Assembly (NCBI GenBank): GCA_010093815.1
Contig: ML996565.1
Direction: 5' to 3' (one strand)
Origin: Pseudovirgaria hyperparasitica
Lineage: Eukaryota
Length of the DNA stretch: 64,000 nucleotides
A program made the position numbers and the translations under genes. A model generated the notes under the pieces. It ran no database searches and was not told where the DNA came from. It was given only the letters and a program-made list of their open reading frames with translations. This document shows positions 50,901-63,143 of this stretch, in pieces; position 1 is the first letter of the stretch, and every line of letters begins with the position of its first letter.

Positions 50901-51007
50901 GGCTCAAGTCCGGGAATCGAACCTACGCCTCCGCGCCCCCTGCAGATATTTGATGATCAATTTGATCTTGCTTCGGTGGTGATTCTTAACCATTGAACCA
51001 TCGCACC
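50901..51007 (-). pseudogene. Degenerate intron-containing tRNA-like element (Pol III promoter boxes intact)
   Basis: Minus strand: GGTGCGA, A-box TGGTTCAATGG with D-stem GTTC/GAAT, B-box GGTTCGATTCCC, TTGAGCC, then TTTTTGTTTTT. Anticodon and T stems are poorly paired. Confidence 0.6.
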
Positions 51008-51448
51008 GGGTTATGTCTCTTGGATGTTAATCTTTATTATATATGATGATGTTGGTTGGGGTGTGGGAAGGGAAGTGGTGGGAAGAAAGAAAGGGGGGGG
51101 GAGCGGCGGAAAACAGTGTTGTGGCGCTTGCAGTTGAACAGTGTTGTGGCGTGGGCAGGCAGGTGAACAAGCGGAACGGAACGGAATCTGGGAGATGCTG
51201 TTCTGCTGTTTTAGCTGTGTGCTGTTGTTCACCGTGGCGGGCACGTGGGTTGGATTTTTCAGTGTGAACGAAGGACTAGTGATTGCTTTGTTTTTTTTTG
51301 GCGGACTGGTAGGCTGGAGTCTTTGTCTCTTTTCCTTTCATATTGACGACTGGATTGGAAGGAATGTACGCTTTCATCTATCTATCATGTACGCTTCTGT
51401 TGGAATTATGATTTGGGTGCAGGACGAGGCATGGTTCGACATGGACCG

Positions 51449-51499
51449 CAGCACCACAGCACCACAGCACCACAGCACCACAGCACCACAGCATCACAG
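51449..51499. repeat. 8-bp tandem repeat (CAGCACCA) x about 6
   Basis: cagcaccacagcaccacagcaccacagcaccacagcaccacagcatcacag. Confidence 0.85.
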
Positions 51500-51710
51500 T
51501 CGCGTCCATGTCTGCTGGACACAAGACTACAAAGTGCAAATAGGCGAAAGGAACACACGGAAGCTCAGAGCACAAAACACCGAGGCCTGGACTAAGCTCA
51601 ACTTTCAAAACAGCATGATTTCCACGTCATATAGGTGGCTATCAAAGAATGTTGGGCCTCAAATACCTCAATCATCTCATCACACGCCAGTCTCAACCCA
51701 CCAGTCATCT

Positions 51711-53550
51711 CTAAAGATGCACCTTATGGCGCTGACTAACATGTTTTCTGCACTTTGGACACTGTCTCGGCCCATCTCTCCGCCTGACAAACGTGTTGTC
51801 GCCAGATCCATTCAGCGGCACCACTACGTCCGCACACCATTGACACATTATCATGTGCCCGCAGGGAATCAACACTACCGATGCTTTCTGCACATAGCAG
51901 ACATTGCATGCGATTGAGACGTTCATTTCCTCGTCTGACAGCGGCTCTGGACGGGCGGGATTGTCGAGCGTTTGAGACAGCTGCGAAGCCACAGGTGCCG
52001 GGTTATGAAAGTCACCTGTAAGATATGGGGGTCCATGTGCGAGTGGTCGTGTGTGCGCACGGTCGAAGATCGAGTCGTACGTCGGGGGGTCTGCCGGTGG
52101 GCTAACAATTCCTGGTGTCTGGCGGTAAAAGTCTGGATATGCATTTCGGTAAACGTTGTTGTTTGTGATATCGAGCATTCGTCTATGCCGAGGTGGGAAG
52201 TTCCACCTGTTATCGCGCTCGAAGTACTCGCTATTGTTTGAGTCAACCAAGAGAAGATCCGCGAGGTGGGATCCGAGATTATTTCTGGAAGGTTGCGTTG
52301 CGCTCCCAGGTGCCGACACAGATGCCTCTTGTCGCGTGAGCTGCTCAGCGTGCATACGGTCTTGGTCCAGCTGTCGCTGATGTCGCTCTGCATTAGCGAA
52401 CATCTGGGTGATTGGGCTTGTGTAGTCGTCTCTTTGAACGTCTTCGCGCGAGCCAAATACAGCCGCTTGGCGCCCTCGTCGACGTTGCCTGTTCGTTTCT
52501 CGTGCAGCACTCTGAGCAGTGTCAAACTCGTAAAAGTCTGGTGAGCCGTTCCGGCGCGATGGCGGCACATTCTCAGACTGGTTTAATGATGCGAAGTTGT
52601 CTCGTGCCGCTGCGGTCGCAGGCTGCGCCACTCCTCCATTCCAGGTCATTCCATCTGCCTGTACCGTCCTCTGCAACCTCGTATTGCCTTGTTGTATCGG
52701 TGGCCGAGCCGTGTAGCCATAGTGTTCCCTATAGCGCCGATTTCGCGCACCCAACTGTGTTGAGTTGTTAACGTTGGCACGTCTGGCTCGAGGCTGAGTG
52801 AGTTGAGTGATGTCTAAGTGTCCAACATTTGCTCGAGCTTGACTAGGTGAGGGCATTTCTGAGTCCCCATCATTCATGAGGCCGTCGAGTGCATCGTCAA
52901 GCGAGACGTGAGGTGGCATAGTGTCTGTAGGCCCTTCTTCTGGTAGATTTACTGGTACGACCTCTTGAAGTAATGAGAGTGACTCGGTGCCAAACTTCGT
53001 GATGAGTTCGTTAACAGTCGATGGAGGTATCTGAGGAAGTATTCCGGGAGACACGAGGCCCCAATCTTGTATGTCTATAGCGATAGTGTGTGTCGAGCCC
53101 GAGCTCGTCGGTATTGTGATAGATCCTTTATGAAATATGAACCATTTCTCAAGAAAGTCGGCTTGATCGGGTCTTTCGGGTACGCGAGATTGAGGAGGCT
53201 CGATTCCGGCAGCAGCAACTCTGTTCTTCCAGTACTCTACGACGGTCAGAAGGAGCTCTCGACAGACAGAATAAGTGCCGTTGATGGTCAGTCACTTGCC
53301 TGCACAAAACCAACAGTACTTGTCCCATCGTGTGCCTCGTTGTACGAATCCTATGCCGTCCATATACACTGAGTACGTCATCGAGTGTGCCCGAACATCT
53401 TGACATGCACAGCATATCGGCATTGCAGTCAATCGACATGATGTAGGTAGCTTATGAGGGCAATGGCTGTCCAGGCGAGGAACATTAGCCGTCAGAGTAC
53501 CCCTAGAGATGGTTAGTAAATGGACGCTAGGCGAAGCGTATGACATACAT
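51711..53550 (-). CDS. C-terminal RING-HC (C3HC4, IAP/MGRN1-like) protein, probable E3 ligase, with Cys-rich N-terminal domain
   Basis: RING CNVC...LIPCGHMIMCQWC...CPKCRK. Upstream exon (HCPHKLPTSC...CCAC...YCWFC) joins in frame through a GC-AG intron at 53237-53299. Start is either AT|G split by intron 53503-53548 or the in-frame ATG at 53546. Confidence 0.85.
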
Positions 53551-56500
53551 GTTGTTGGTCTTTTGGAGGAGGCCTCTAATGTACTTTCACTCTGGCTTCT
53601 TCGATATCACAGGAATGTGGAGGAGCAGGTTGTTGCCCTCACAAAGCTTCAGGCAACAACGAGAGCCTGGACAATGCGACGGACATATCGGGTTTTAGCT
53701 TAGGCAACAAGGCAACAAGGCACAAAATGAGCCTTAGCAGGCACGTCATGAAACAATGTTGAGCCTCAAGCACGTTTCAATGGCCCCTATTGCAGGGAGC
53801 CTCCTGCTAGGATACCTTGGTGGAAATGACTGCTACTACTTGTTCAGCTCGGTATGATGTATAACGCTTTTCTACGTCCGTCAACTGCTTCTTGATCCCG
53901 ATCATGAAACGGTTTGCTGTTTCCAGGGCAAGGTTTGCTTATAATTCCCGCAGCTGTTTGCTATATGGTCGATGCCATTAGCTGCACGTTGGGTCGATCT
54001 TCAGTTTTTATATGTTACCAAGATTAAGGACCCCCTTCTAGCTGAATGTTTGTTTGTGCCTTCGCTATCTGATGCATGAAATCATTCCAGCAAGTTCAGT
54101 TATGGAAGCATGCCACTTCATTGGTACGGCAGCCATGTGTATTAAGTAATGATCTGCTCTGTGATGAATATCTTTAGGGGCTTAGTCGTTGCTTCAAATC
54201 AAGGCCGTTGCTATTACACTCGTGAGCAAGCTGCATACGCCGCTTGACTCCTATAGGACAATTCGACATATGTCAAAGTCAACTTCGGCACTAGCCCGCC
54301 GACATCTCCCAGCAGCGATCCCATCGAATGACATATCTTCATCGGACAAACACTCCATCGTTTCCCAACGCGGCCAGGTTTGCCATGGATCACGAAAGAT
54401 GGACCCTGTCCGGTCTCTGGCAGCCTTGGCTACCTCTATCAGCCAAGTTCAACGGCAGACAATACTGGGGAACCCTTGTTCTAGGTGAGCAAGCAGGGCG
54501 CTGCATTATTGAGACTCGCACTACCGAGCACGTTCTAATTTTTCCTGCGTTTTTGCCTCCTTCGAAGGCAACCAACACTATATTTCAAACCGCGGTGAGC
54601 CTTCTCGACATACTTCTAGAAATCAGGTGCTGCCCTTTACAGCTGCATGGCTAGTTCTCGTCGTCCGTCGAGACAGGCGATGGCATTTATGGCCCCCACG
54701 ACCGTGCTCACCAACAGAGGATATGCCTGGCGCGAGATGCTAACGTGGAATTGATCCAATAGGCCGCTTACTGACTGCTCAGCTTCGTCTGCAGGTCAAC
54801 CAACATATGTAAATCGTTTTGATGTTTTGGATCCTTACGACTGACTACCGGACGTGTGCTGTTCGAGAGCCCATACACAATCATCACGAGCCTTCGTTCA
54901 TGGCATACCGCGCAAAATGAAGGGCATCTTGCAAACGCGATCGGTTAGTTGGGTCAGATTTGCAGCGCTCTTCACCTTTAGTCAAGGCATAGCTCTCGCA
55001 AAATAAAGTACAGTATAGCGCGACCAGCGTGTGCGGTATGCCTCACGCATAGGAGGAGGGCTTGCACTTACTCGAATCGCAATAGAGTGAGAATTACCCA
55101 CTCTTATTTCTTCAATCACCACTTTCTTGTAGAGCTTCAGTCCCACGCGTTGCCAACCAGGCCATACGGGATCGAGCAGAACTGGTGTGTAGCACACACA
55201 TCTCAGACTGATCGAGCGTATCGAAGACCGCTATCATTCGTCAGCTGTACAATGGACGGACCATCCATAGGACAGCTGCTCGTACTGGGAACGAAAATCA
55301 TCAGGTTGATCACCGCAGCCTGTCTATGTCGGATATCAAGCGAGCAATGGCCTAGCAGCTGCATTTGTCATGGATGCATCACTTACTGGGAAATCGGAGT
55401 GCTTCTCACTAGGCTACCGCCTCCTCGACTTTGGTGGTATTCCTCCAAGCCATGTGCCAACTCCGCGTCAGAATTTGAAGTGCCTGGCGTGACGAGATCC
55501 TAGAAGTCATCGCCACTTCTGCACGCACCCTGGTGGACCTGCCCACCTGGACATGCGGCCGGCTTTATCATGGGAGACGGGTGAGGATATAGAGAGATCC
55601 ATGGAGACGCCGCCGTCACAATAATGGTCAAGGTACTGTCTGCAATGGATGTGGATTGATACCAGAATGCTCGGGCACCTTGCGCACAATATCCTTCGCA
55701 GATTCCTTGCGGACCCACACGGCAGCCCGACGTATGGCCAATCAATGCTCGACATGCACTCGTTTCAGGTTTGAGAATCTCGAGCCGCTCCGCTCCCTCA
55801 ATGCGATCGTGATGATACCTGGAATGGTGCATAATGCGCCGTTTACCGAGTGGTTGAATAAAGCTGCGGTAGACATGCCAGGAGCGGCTCTCCGGCAGAC
55901 CTTAGTCCTCTTCAGTCCTCGGCCCTATCTGTTGATCCACCAGTCCATCCACGACAACGATTGGTTCCTTGGTCAACAGTACGGCAGTTTCCCAAGCGTT
56001 TTCATTCTAGATACTGCCAGCATGACTCGTGCTATCAGTAGGAAGAAATAGCAGGTTCAACTTAACATTCATCCATCACCAGACTTCACCATATACAATC
56101 GGATATGAGCCGACAGCCTAGATTAGGACTATACATTTAGTCACCCCAAAAGACCGGATTAAGCTTATAATTTATACTAAGGGATTACCGTTACTTGTAT
56201 TAGATTGAGATTATATCGTATTAGCAATCCCCCAATAATACAGATTAGGCTTGTGTCCTCTATTAGAATCTTGGCCCAGATTGAGCTTGAGGGGAAGGGG
56301 GGGTTAGAGGGAGCTGGAGGGGAAGGGGGGTTTGGGGGGGTACCCTGTCATCTTTCTTAGCTTATGATGCGTCGCACCGCAAGCGCCCCTTTTCCGACTT
56401 CTGACAACTGAGCCACATGGATGAACAACATACTATACAAAAACCAGACCACGGCGTCGCAATGTCCTTGGAATCCATTGTGGACATGTGTTTGCTGTAC

Positions 56501-57592
56501 ACCGCCAGACAAATCGGATCTGGAGGAAGGCGCACAGCATCCTAGTCCAAATCTGCTTGTCAAACGCTTCGGTAGCTAACGGGTGTCGCGTTCAGAATGC
56601 ACATCATTTCTTTTTCGGGTGGACCTTTATATGAAGTGGATATGGATAACGCTGTGCGCACTCTTGAGGTGGCTGTACAATCCCACTTCCCAGCCCATTT
56701 CCCCGCTTGAATGGGGATAGCTTGGGATAGCTGGCACCAGATTGATATTCCAAATATACGAAGGCTCACACTACGTGTTTGAAGTCAGCAGTAGATCTGC
56801 GTCAGTTTGTGGGCCTTCCCAGATGGATCCTCGAAGCGACTGAGGTACAACTCCTTTGTTACTGCAAATCGTCTTTCATAGGATAATGTCAGCTACGTGG
56901 CGACTGATTGCGGCTGTGGGGCGCCCCATGAGCGGTGTATTCATATGCAGCAGTCCGAAAGAAGCACGTAGTGACTTCAATTCTCTGTACAGTGAACCAT
57001 TCTTTCGTATCTTCTGTCGGTTTGTGACGATTGGACGGACAGGATATCGGGGCAGATGCCAGGACCCGGACTGATAAAACCATGAGACTAAATGGAGCCA
57101 TGGTGAAAACAGTCTTACACCATAGCTTACTTCTAGGATCGTACTGCTTAGAAGCCGCTGCTTAGGAGTGCGTATTACTATCTCTACTGTCGAGTTGACC
57201 TCAGACGCTTGAGTCAATTGTTGGCACACAGCTAGAAGCGCATACATCCAGAAGCTCTAGAGCGCTGTCCGGACGCAACTCCGCTGCTATATTGAACATA
57301 TATGGGCAGTTACAACCTAACATGGTGGTACGGCAGTTCACAATGTACTAGTGAGCCTACTAGCCTCCAATCGCTTGCCCTGGTTGCCATCAAGGAAGAC
57401 TAAAATGTTATCATAGTGGAACCACGAGACTAAAGGTGCTTTGGTGGTCACCAGCAGCGAAGTATTCAAAATTTGACCGTGCGTCAAAGAGTGTTGAGTT
57501 GTGTGCCGCCACAAGAGGGTTTTCCAGGCGACTTTCACCCCCTTATCTTCGAATGCCAACCAGGACAACTTTTCCCCTTGAGCTATCCCAAA

Positions 57593-57691
57593 GTGTACTG
57601 AGATCATGGTGGATATTGATGAGCAGCTCATCAAGCCTAGGATATAGAATTTCTGAGCTGCTCATCAATATTCACCATGATCTCCGTACAC
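57593..57691. repeat. Inverted repeat: 38-bp arms (2 mismatches), 23-nt loop
   Basis: gtgtactgagatcatggtggatattgatgagcagctca ... tgagctgctcatcaatattcaccatgatctccgtacac. Confidence 0.9.
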
Positions 57692-58731
57692 CCGATCTGT
57701 CGATAGGGTAAGCGCAGGCTTTCGCACTGGCCCAGGGTTCGCGCTGACAGCCGATCATAATGGCCCACCCCGGTAGCGCCACCATGTGCAATTTCCGCTT
57801 GTTGTCTTGATGGGATCTGCAGGTACCCTGGTCGACAACTTTTACCGCAGTATTTTGTAGCAGATCCATGCCCTAAGCCTCAATTCTGCATATCTGATGC
57901 TTCTGTGGGTACAGCAAGCCCCTTTAATTGGCGCAGGTTACGGCACCAATGCGGAGGCAAACACGCGAATTTCGAGAAACGTGGACCAAGATTTTCTAGT
58001 CAGTGACGGGTGAGTTGACAGTCAATGGCATTTACTTTTATTTAGCCCAAATCGACCAACAATGCATGTGGACCATGGAGTGCTACATCCGAGGATTCGC
58101 AAGGGAGGCTTAGAGCAGTGGCTATGAGACGAAGCGGCTCGTATGTAGGTTATGTTGTGAACTGTTGCTGGAATAATAACCGTGTCGTCCGCATCTATAA
58201 GTGGAATCATCGCTTTGACTTGAGATATCGACACAAGACTCCCCACCAACTGATCCCAAATTTTGATTCTGAGAGAGCACACACAGCTCTGGAGCTTCAA
58301 GGCCTATCTGCACACTTCCAAGAATTTCTTGCCCTTCGATATGGTCGTCTTTTCCAAGTCTAACAATGCCGTCACCGAAGGAACATTTCCGTAAGTTTCT
58401 TCAGCACATAGTATAAAGGGCAACACCTAAGGCCATCACTGATATATACGATCTGAATACAGTCACATATTAGCCCCTGATACAGTCAAGATATCTGCCA
58501 ATGACTCTCAAGAGGGCTCATCTGACATGCCTGAGCACCCATTCGATACCGAAAAAAGTGCTTCATGATAGGGCACTGTGTGCGAGCTCAGGACAGGGGT
58601 ACAGGATTCTTGTACACCCTCAACATTGACGGACCAATCACCACATGTTGTACACGATGTCATTCCATGGGGGCCAGAACTAGCTGTGTGCTTTATTCAT
58701 CTCGGTTGTAGTATTCTTTGGATATGTAATT

Positions 58732-58828
58732 GCTTCGTTCTGATATCATCGTCCACGTGTTCCGGCAGGAAACTGCAATAGCTTCGTTCTGATATCATCG
58801 TCCATGTGTTCTGGCAGGGAGTTCAATC
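58732..58828. repeat. 49-bp tandem duplication
   Basis: gcttcgttctgatatcatcgtcca(c/t)gtgttc(c/t)ggcagg at 58732 and 58781. Confidence 0.85.
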
Positions 58829-61800
58829 TATCACTTACATGATAACTCTGTCGTTCCTTACATTCCAGTTAGGAACATACACCAATCATTCCTTTCTCCT
58901 GTTTCGGCTCTAATGCATGCTCGAGGGCATCGATTGGAGCTCCATAGAGACGAAACATCCTTTTTCTCCTGACCCGGTCACACAAAGTAAGGCCCTGGAA
59001 ATCTTCATGGGTACCGGAGCAGGGTCCGTCGAGTCATATGGACAAATCAGCCTTGCAGTCGCGGGTTATCCATCGCAGCATCCGGTTCCTCCACCAGGGT
59101 GAGTTTGACTCACCTCGCAATCCTTGCATTATCCGGACGTTTAGAATTGTGAATCTTGTTCCCCCCGTGTGGCCCGTGCCGCCCGGTACATCGCTTCCTG
59201 CATATGCATATGAATCTTCCCCCAACCCAATCTGGATGTTTGGCCCTGGTGAATCTTGAACGTTGGCGAATGATTTCCCGCCGTCGACGTTGTGGGCAAT
59301 CGGGGATTACGGGCTATGTTAACGCTGCGCCCTCATTGCAGCTAGGTCATTGCTGCTCCACGAGGCGGCGGCGGCGAGCTTCCCGCACCGTGTCCTGGGT
59401 ATACCATGTTACATCGCACAGCCTTGTCAGCCATCTTTCTGATGAGCGAGGATGGAGGTCTGGCAAAGGCGTTGACAGCTGACGACATGGCGTCCTTGGT
59501 AGCATTCCTTGTCTTGTCATGCAAGCAACATTATATACCGCTAGAAGAATCTAGCAGTCTCCAGCACTCTATGCTCTAGAAGACCAGAGAGGAAAGATCA
59601 TTTCGGTACGGACACGAGGTCCGTACAGGGAGCATTTCAGCGTGGACTTCGCCAAACCGGGCTCTTGGTTAGGCCAATGGAGTGTGGAGCTTATGATGGA
59701 ACACAAATACACAGGATCTTACGTATAGTCAAGTCGCAGGATCGGTAGGGTTTTCGTGTTCTAGTTCGCCGTACAGCATGCCACGGGAGCCTTGCCGGCC
59801 ACACAACGTCTCACAGGTCTGCGATCATTGATTGTGTCAATGGCAAGATGTCTGAGACACATCATCACAGCATGTGGATGCTTAGAACGTGGGACAAGCA
59901 CATGTGAACCAACAATATAGCCACACAGGATGGGTCGTGTTTGGGATCTCGACGGGAGCTTGATCCACACTACGGCGAGTTGCAGCGACCTATCTCTCCG
60001 CACAACGAAGACTGGTGCCTTGCATAAGGCAAGAAAGGTGAAGCCGGAGGAGTATTCGACTCACGCACGAAGGTGCAGTGTGCGGCCTCACGAAAGCGCA
60101 GCCTTACGTATGGCAGGGCAGTCCCGGTATTTTCAGGCAAACTTCTTCCTTGACCACTCGAAGAGAGGCTCCGCATGAATCCTGTTCATACCTTGGCAGT
60201 TCTCTTGATCCTCAGGTTTGACCATGTCCCCATTTTCGTCCTCGCTTTTGTACCTACTCACATCCCATAAACTCATTTCGCAGATACCGCACGTCTGTGG
60301 ATCAAAAGTGTTAGCGACAGGTTGCCATACGTCGTGACTCGCAAGCCCACTTTGCCCTCAGGTCTTGTGATAAGCGGTAGTGCTCGAAGTGTGATAGGTC
60401 TATCAAGTGTCGATCAGTGGAGCTCATGAATCGTGATAGCCCTCAGGCAACATCGCTGGCACATAAGTAACAGTGGCTTTAAGTCCAGAGAAGCACAGAC
60501 TACCTGCCCATACCGTGAAGCAAAGAGCTCCCTTCCCATCTAGGAACCCCTTACTAGGGCCTGTCAACACCTTGTTTGTCATTGACACCTGGATTCTATC
60601 AACCTCACACAACATCGTGACTATCATCGAGCTTAACGGCCACCCTACTGGCACAGTACACAGTATATAAATTTTTGTGAGAGGCTCTATGATGATGAGT
60701 TGTTGCGGTACTGGATATAGTATGACAACAGACGCCTATAATCTGCTAGGTTGATACATATGATTCTTCTCATCAATTCAAGATCATCATACCTACGGCC
60801 GGTAGGATTTCCACGATCTCTAGTACGTAGTTTCAGCTGCAAGATTCATGGATCCCATGATACTCCATGTATAATCAGACGGTACGCCCCGTTCAGCATG
60901 TGTCGGGGGCGACATGCCGCCTCCGCAAAGCTGACACGGCCTACGGAGGGCGATGTGGTGCCTAATCTTCCGCCGGATTCAGTGCACTCAAGCTGCATGT
61001 GCAGCTTCCTTGGCTGACGAGACTTCTCTGCAGTTTAGCACTATATCAGTACTGCTATGTAGGGATTCTTCGTGCATATACATCGTCCCTGATGGTGGCA
61101 CAGCACGTCCATCAGTTAACATATCGTTTAATGCCAGGTCTGTACATCAATGTCAAGCCGCCTCAAGCGTTCACTGACCCGACATGTGGGTCTGCTGATG
61201 GTCACCTATGAGGAAAAGATACATCCAAGTGGCACATAATGGGATTCTACTGATTCCCGTCCCAAATGCTCACAGCTCTGCAAAAGCAATACCTGGGATC
61301 GCGCCTCCTTTGACCACAACGTCTTGGGCACACTCAACAGATTTGGTCAGTCCAGACGACTATGATTTCTTAGGTAGCACTTATCTACGTAGCAATTCTC
61401 CCAGGGGGCAGTGTCGGGCCGTCTAGACCATGACTTTCATGACGACGACAATCTGTTACCCTCGGAAGTATACGGGGTTGTGACAAAAACAAGGAATGAA
61501 TGGACACATATTTGTGGCACGTCAACCTGGCGGGCAGACTGGCCTGCCAGGATTGTTGAAGTCCACGCCCTTGAAAATGGCAGTGCCACGCTGAGGCCCT
61601 CCAGAGCCCCCAAAAAGGCAACCGAATCTCAGAAGGAAAGATCTGGACCCATTGGCACCAAAAAAATCAGCTACGATGGTTGGAGAGCAAATCAGCCATA
61701 TCCTCATCCACATCGTGCATTCTGAAGGTACTCTCGATCGAGTAATCGGGAGCCAAATGTGTGGGTATGCACGACCCATGCTCTATGTCAAAACTATCAT

Positions 61801-62585
61801 TGATTGTTTCGTACTTGCAGACTTATCGGCGGTAGCCTAGTACCAGATTTCACCAAAAATGTCAAGCAGGGGTAGGGTAATCAGTGAATCTCGTTTAGTA
61901 GATGCATCGCACGAACAGTCAAAAGTCCTCGACATTGATACTTTATTCTTTACAGAGACGCCTGCATACCCGCGCACGAGACAGTGCAATACTCATCCTT
62001 GCCACGGTCCATGACCCGCGAGGCAACCTGGAGTCGCTGAGCCAAAATGTCCGACCGCCTCCTCTGGCATGGGGCTCAGTCGTACAACTGCCATCCGGTA
62101 GCACCTCGAGTATGCAGCGCCTCTCCTTAGCAGAGTCTGTCGAGATGGGACGATTGTGCTAACAGCAATTCATTACCAGGGGCGTCGTCAATGATGAGAG
62201 AACTATATAAAGGGCGTCGTCCAGCCGGATGGCGACAGTCTGAGCATCGATTCTCGAATTCAATTCCCGACCTTTGACAGTTTCCCAGCAACTCCCCCTT
62301 TGTATCCACACTCCTCATCGTACAGGCCTAGTCGTCAGTGCAGATATGCTTGGTCAAACACCCAACACAGATAACCACGTAGCGTATCTGGGCAGCAGGC
62401 TGTCCGAATCAACTACCGAGTAAGTCATGTTGTCTCATGAACGTATTCCACAAGCTGATTTTTCGTTGTCACAGAGAGACATCAGTCCCTGAAGGCCCGC
62501 CTCTAGAGTCACTTGGGCCCGAAGAAGAACCAGTAGACGGTACATAACCGAGCTGTGATAGACAGAAGCACACATCATGGAGCTA

Positions 62586-62750
62586 CATGATACCGGAGCA
62601 CACGATACAGAAGGACACGATACAGAAGGACACGATACAGAAGGACACGATACAGAAGCACACGATACAGAAGCACACGATACAGAAGCACACGATACAG
62701 AAGGACACGATACAGAAGCACAAGATACATAAGTACACGATATAGAAGTA
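62586..62750. repeat. 15-bp minisatellite (CACGATACAGAAG[G/C]A) x about 11
   Basis: Eight near-perfect units at 62601-62720 plus degenerate flanking units. Confidence 0.92.
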
Positions 62751-63143
62751 ATGAATCATCACACACGCTGCTCAACAGGACCACCACAATAGAGACAACA
62801 AAGCTTTTCAAGAGGAGTTGCGATAGTCGATGGGATCTGACACACTCGGCGCAGAATCCAGACGACTGGATGAGCTTGGGCGATCCACCTTGTCTAGCAA
62901 TGTGGCTTTGGTCGGAGATCAGCTAGATAAGGGAGAGAATTCAGATACTACTACATCACGTATGAAGCCTTACTATGGCTGACTGAGTGTAATACTCGTA
63001 GCCACAACGCAAATTCCTGTCTGATCTCTTCCACGCTTTCGTGATATTAGACGTCTATGGCTTTGGGCTATACACATCATGCTGCCCAGATTTGAGAGAC
63101 ACACACTATGAGCCTTTAGATTCACTGAAAGTGGCCTATCGAG

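Noticed and set aside
57672..57960. MYND-finger or kinase-like fragments (YCGKSC, TAVKVV) on the minus strand
   Set aside because: Scattered in different frames and too short to assign
61411..61725. BAH-domain-like phrase DWPARIVEVHALENG
   Set aside because: A single short resemblance without the downstream BAH motifs
62586..62750. CRISPR-like array
   Set aside because: Head-to-tail 15-bp units with no unique spacers, no cas genes, and a eukaryotic context
53600..63100. Intact transposon or giant Starship-type element
   Set aside because: No transposase, reverse transcriptase, integrase or tyrosine-recombinase ORF, and no long terminal repeats found
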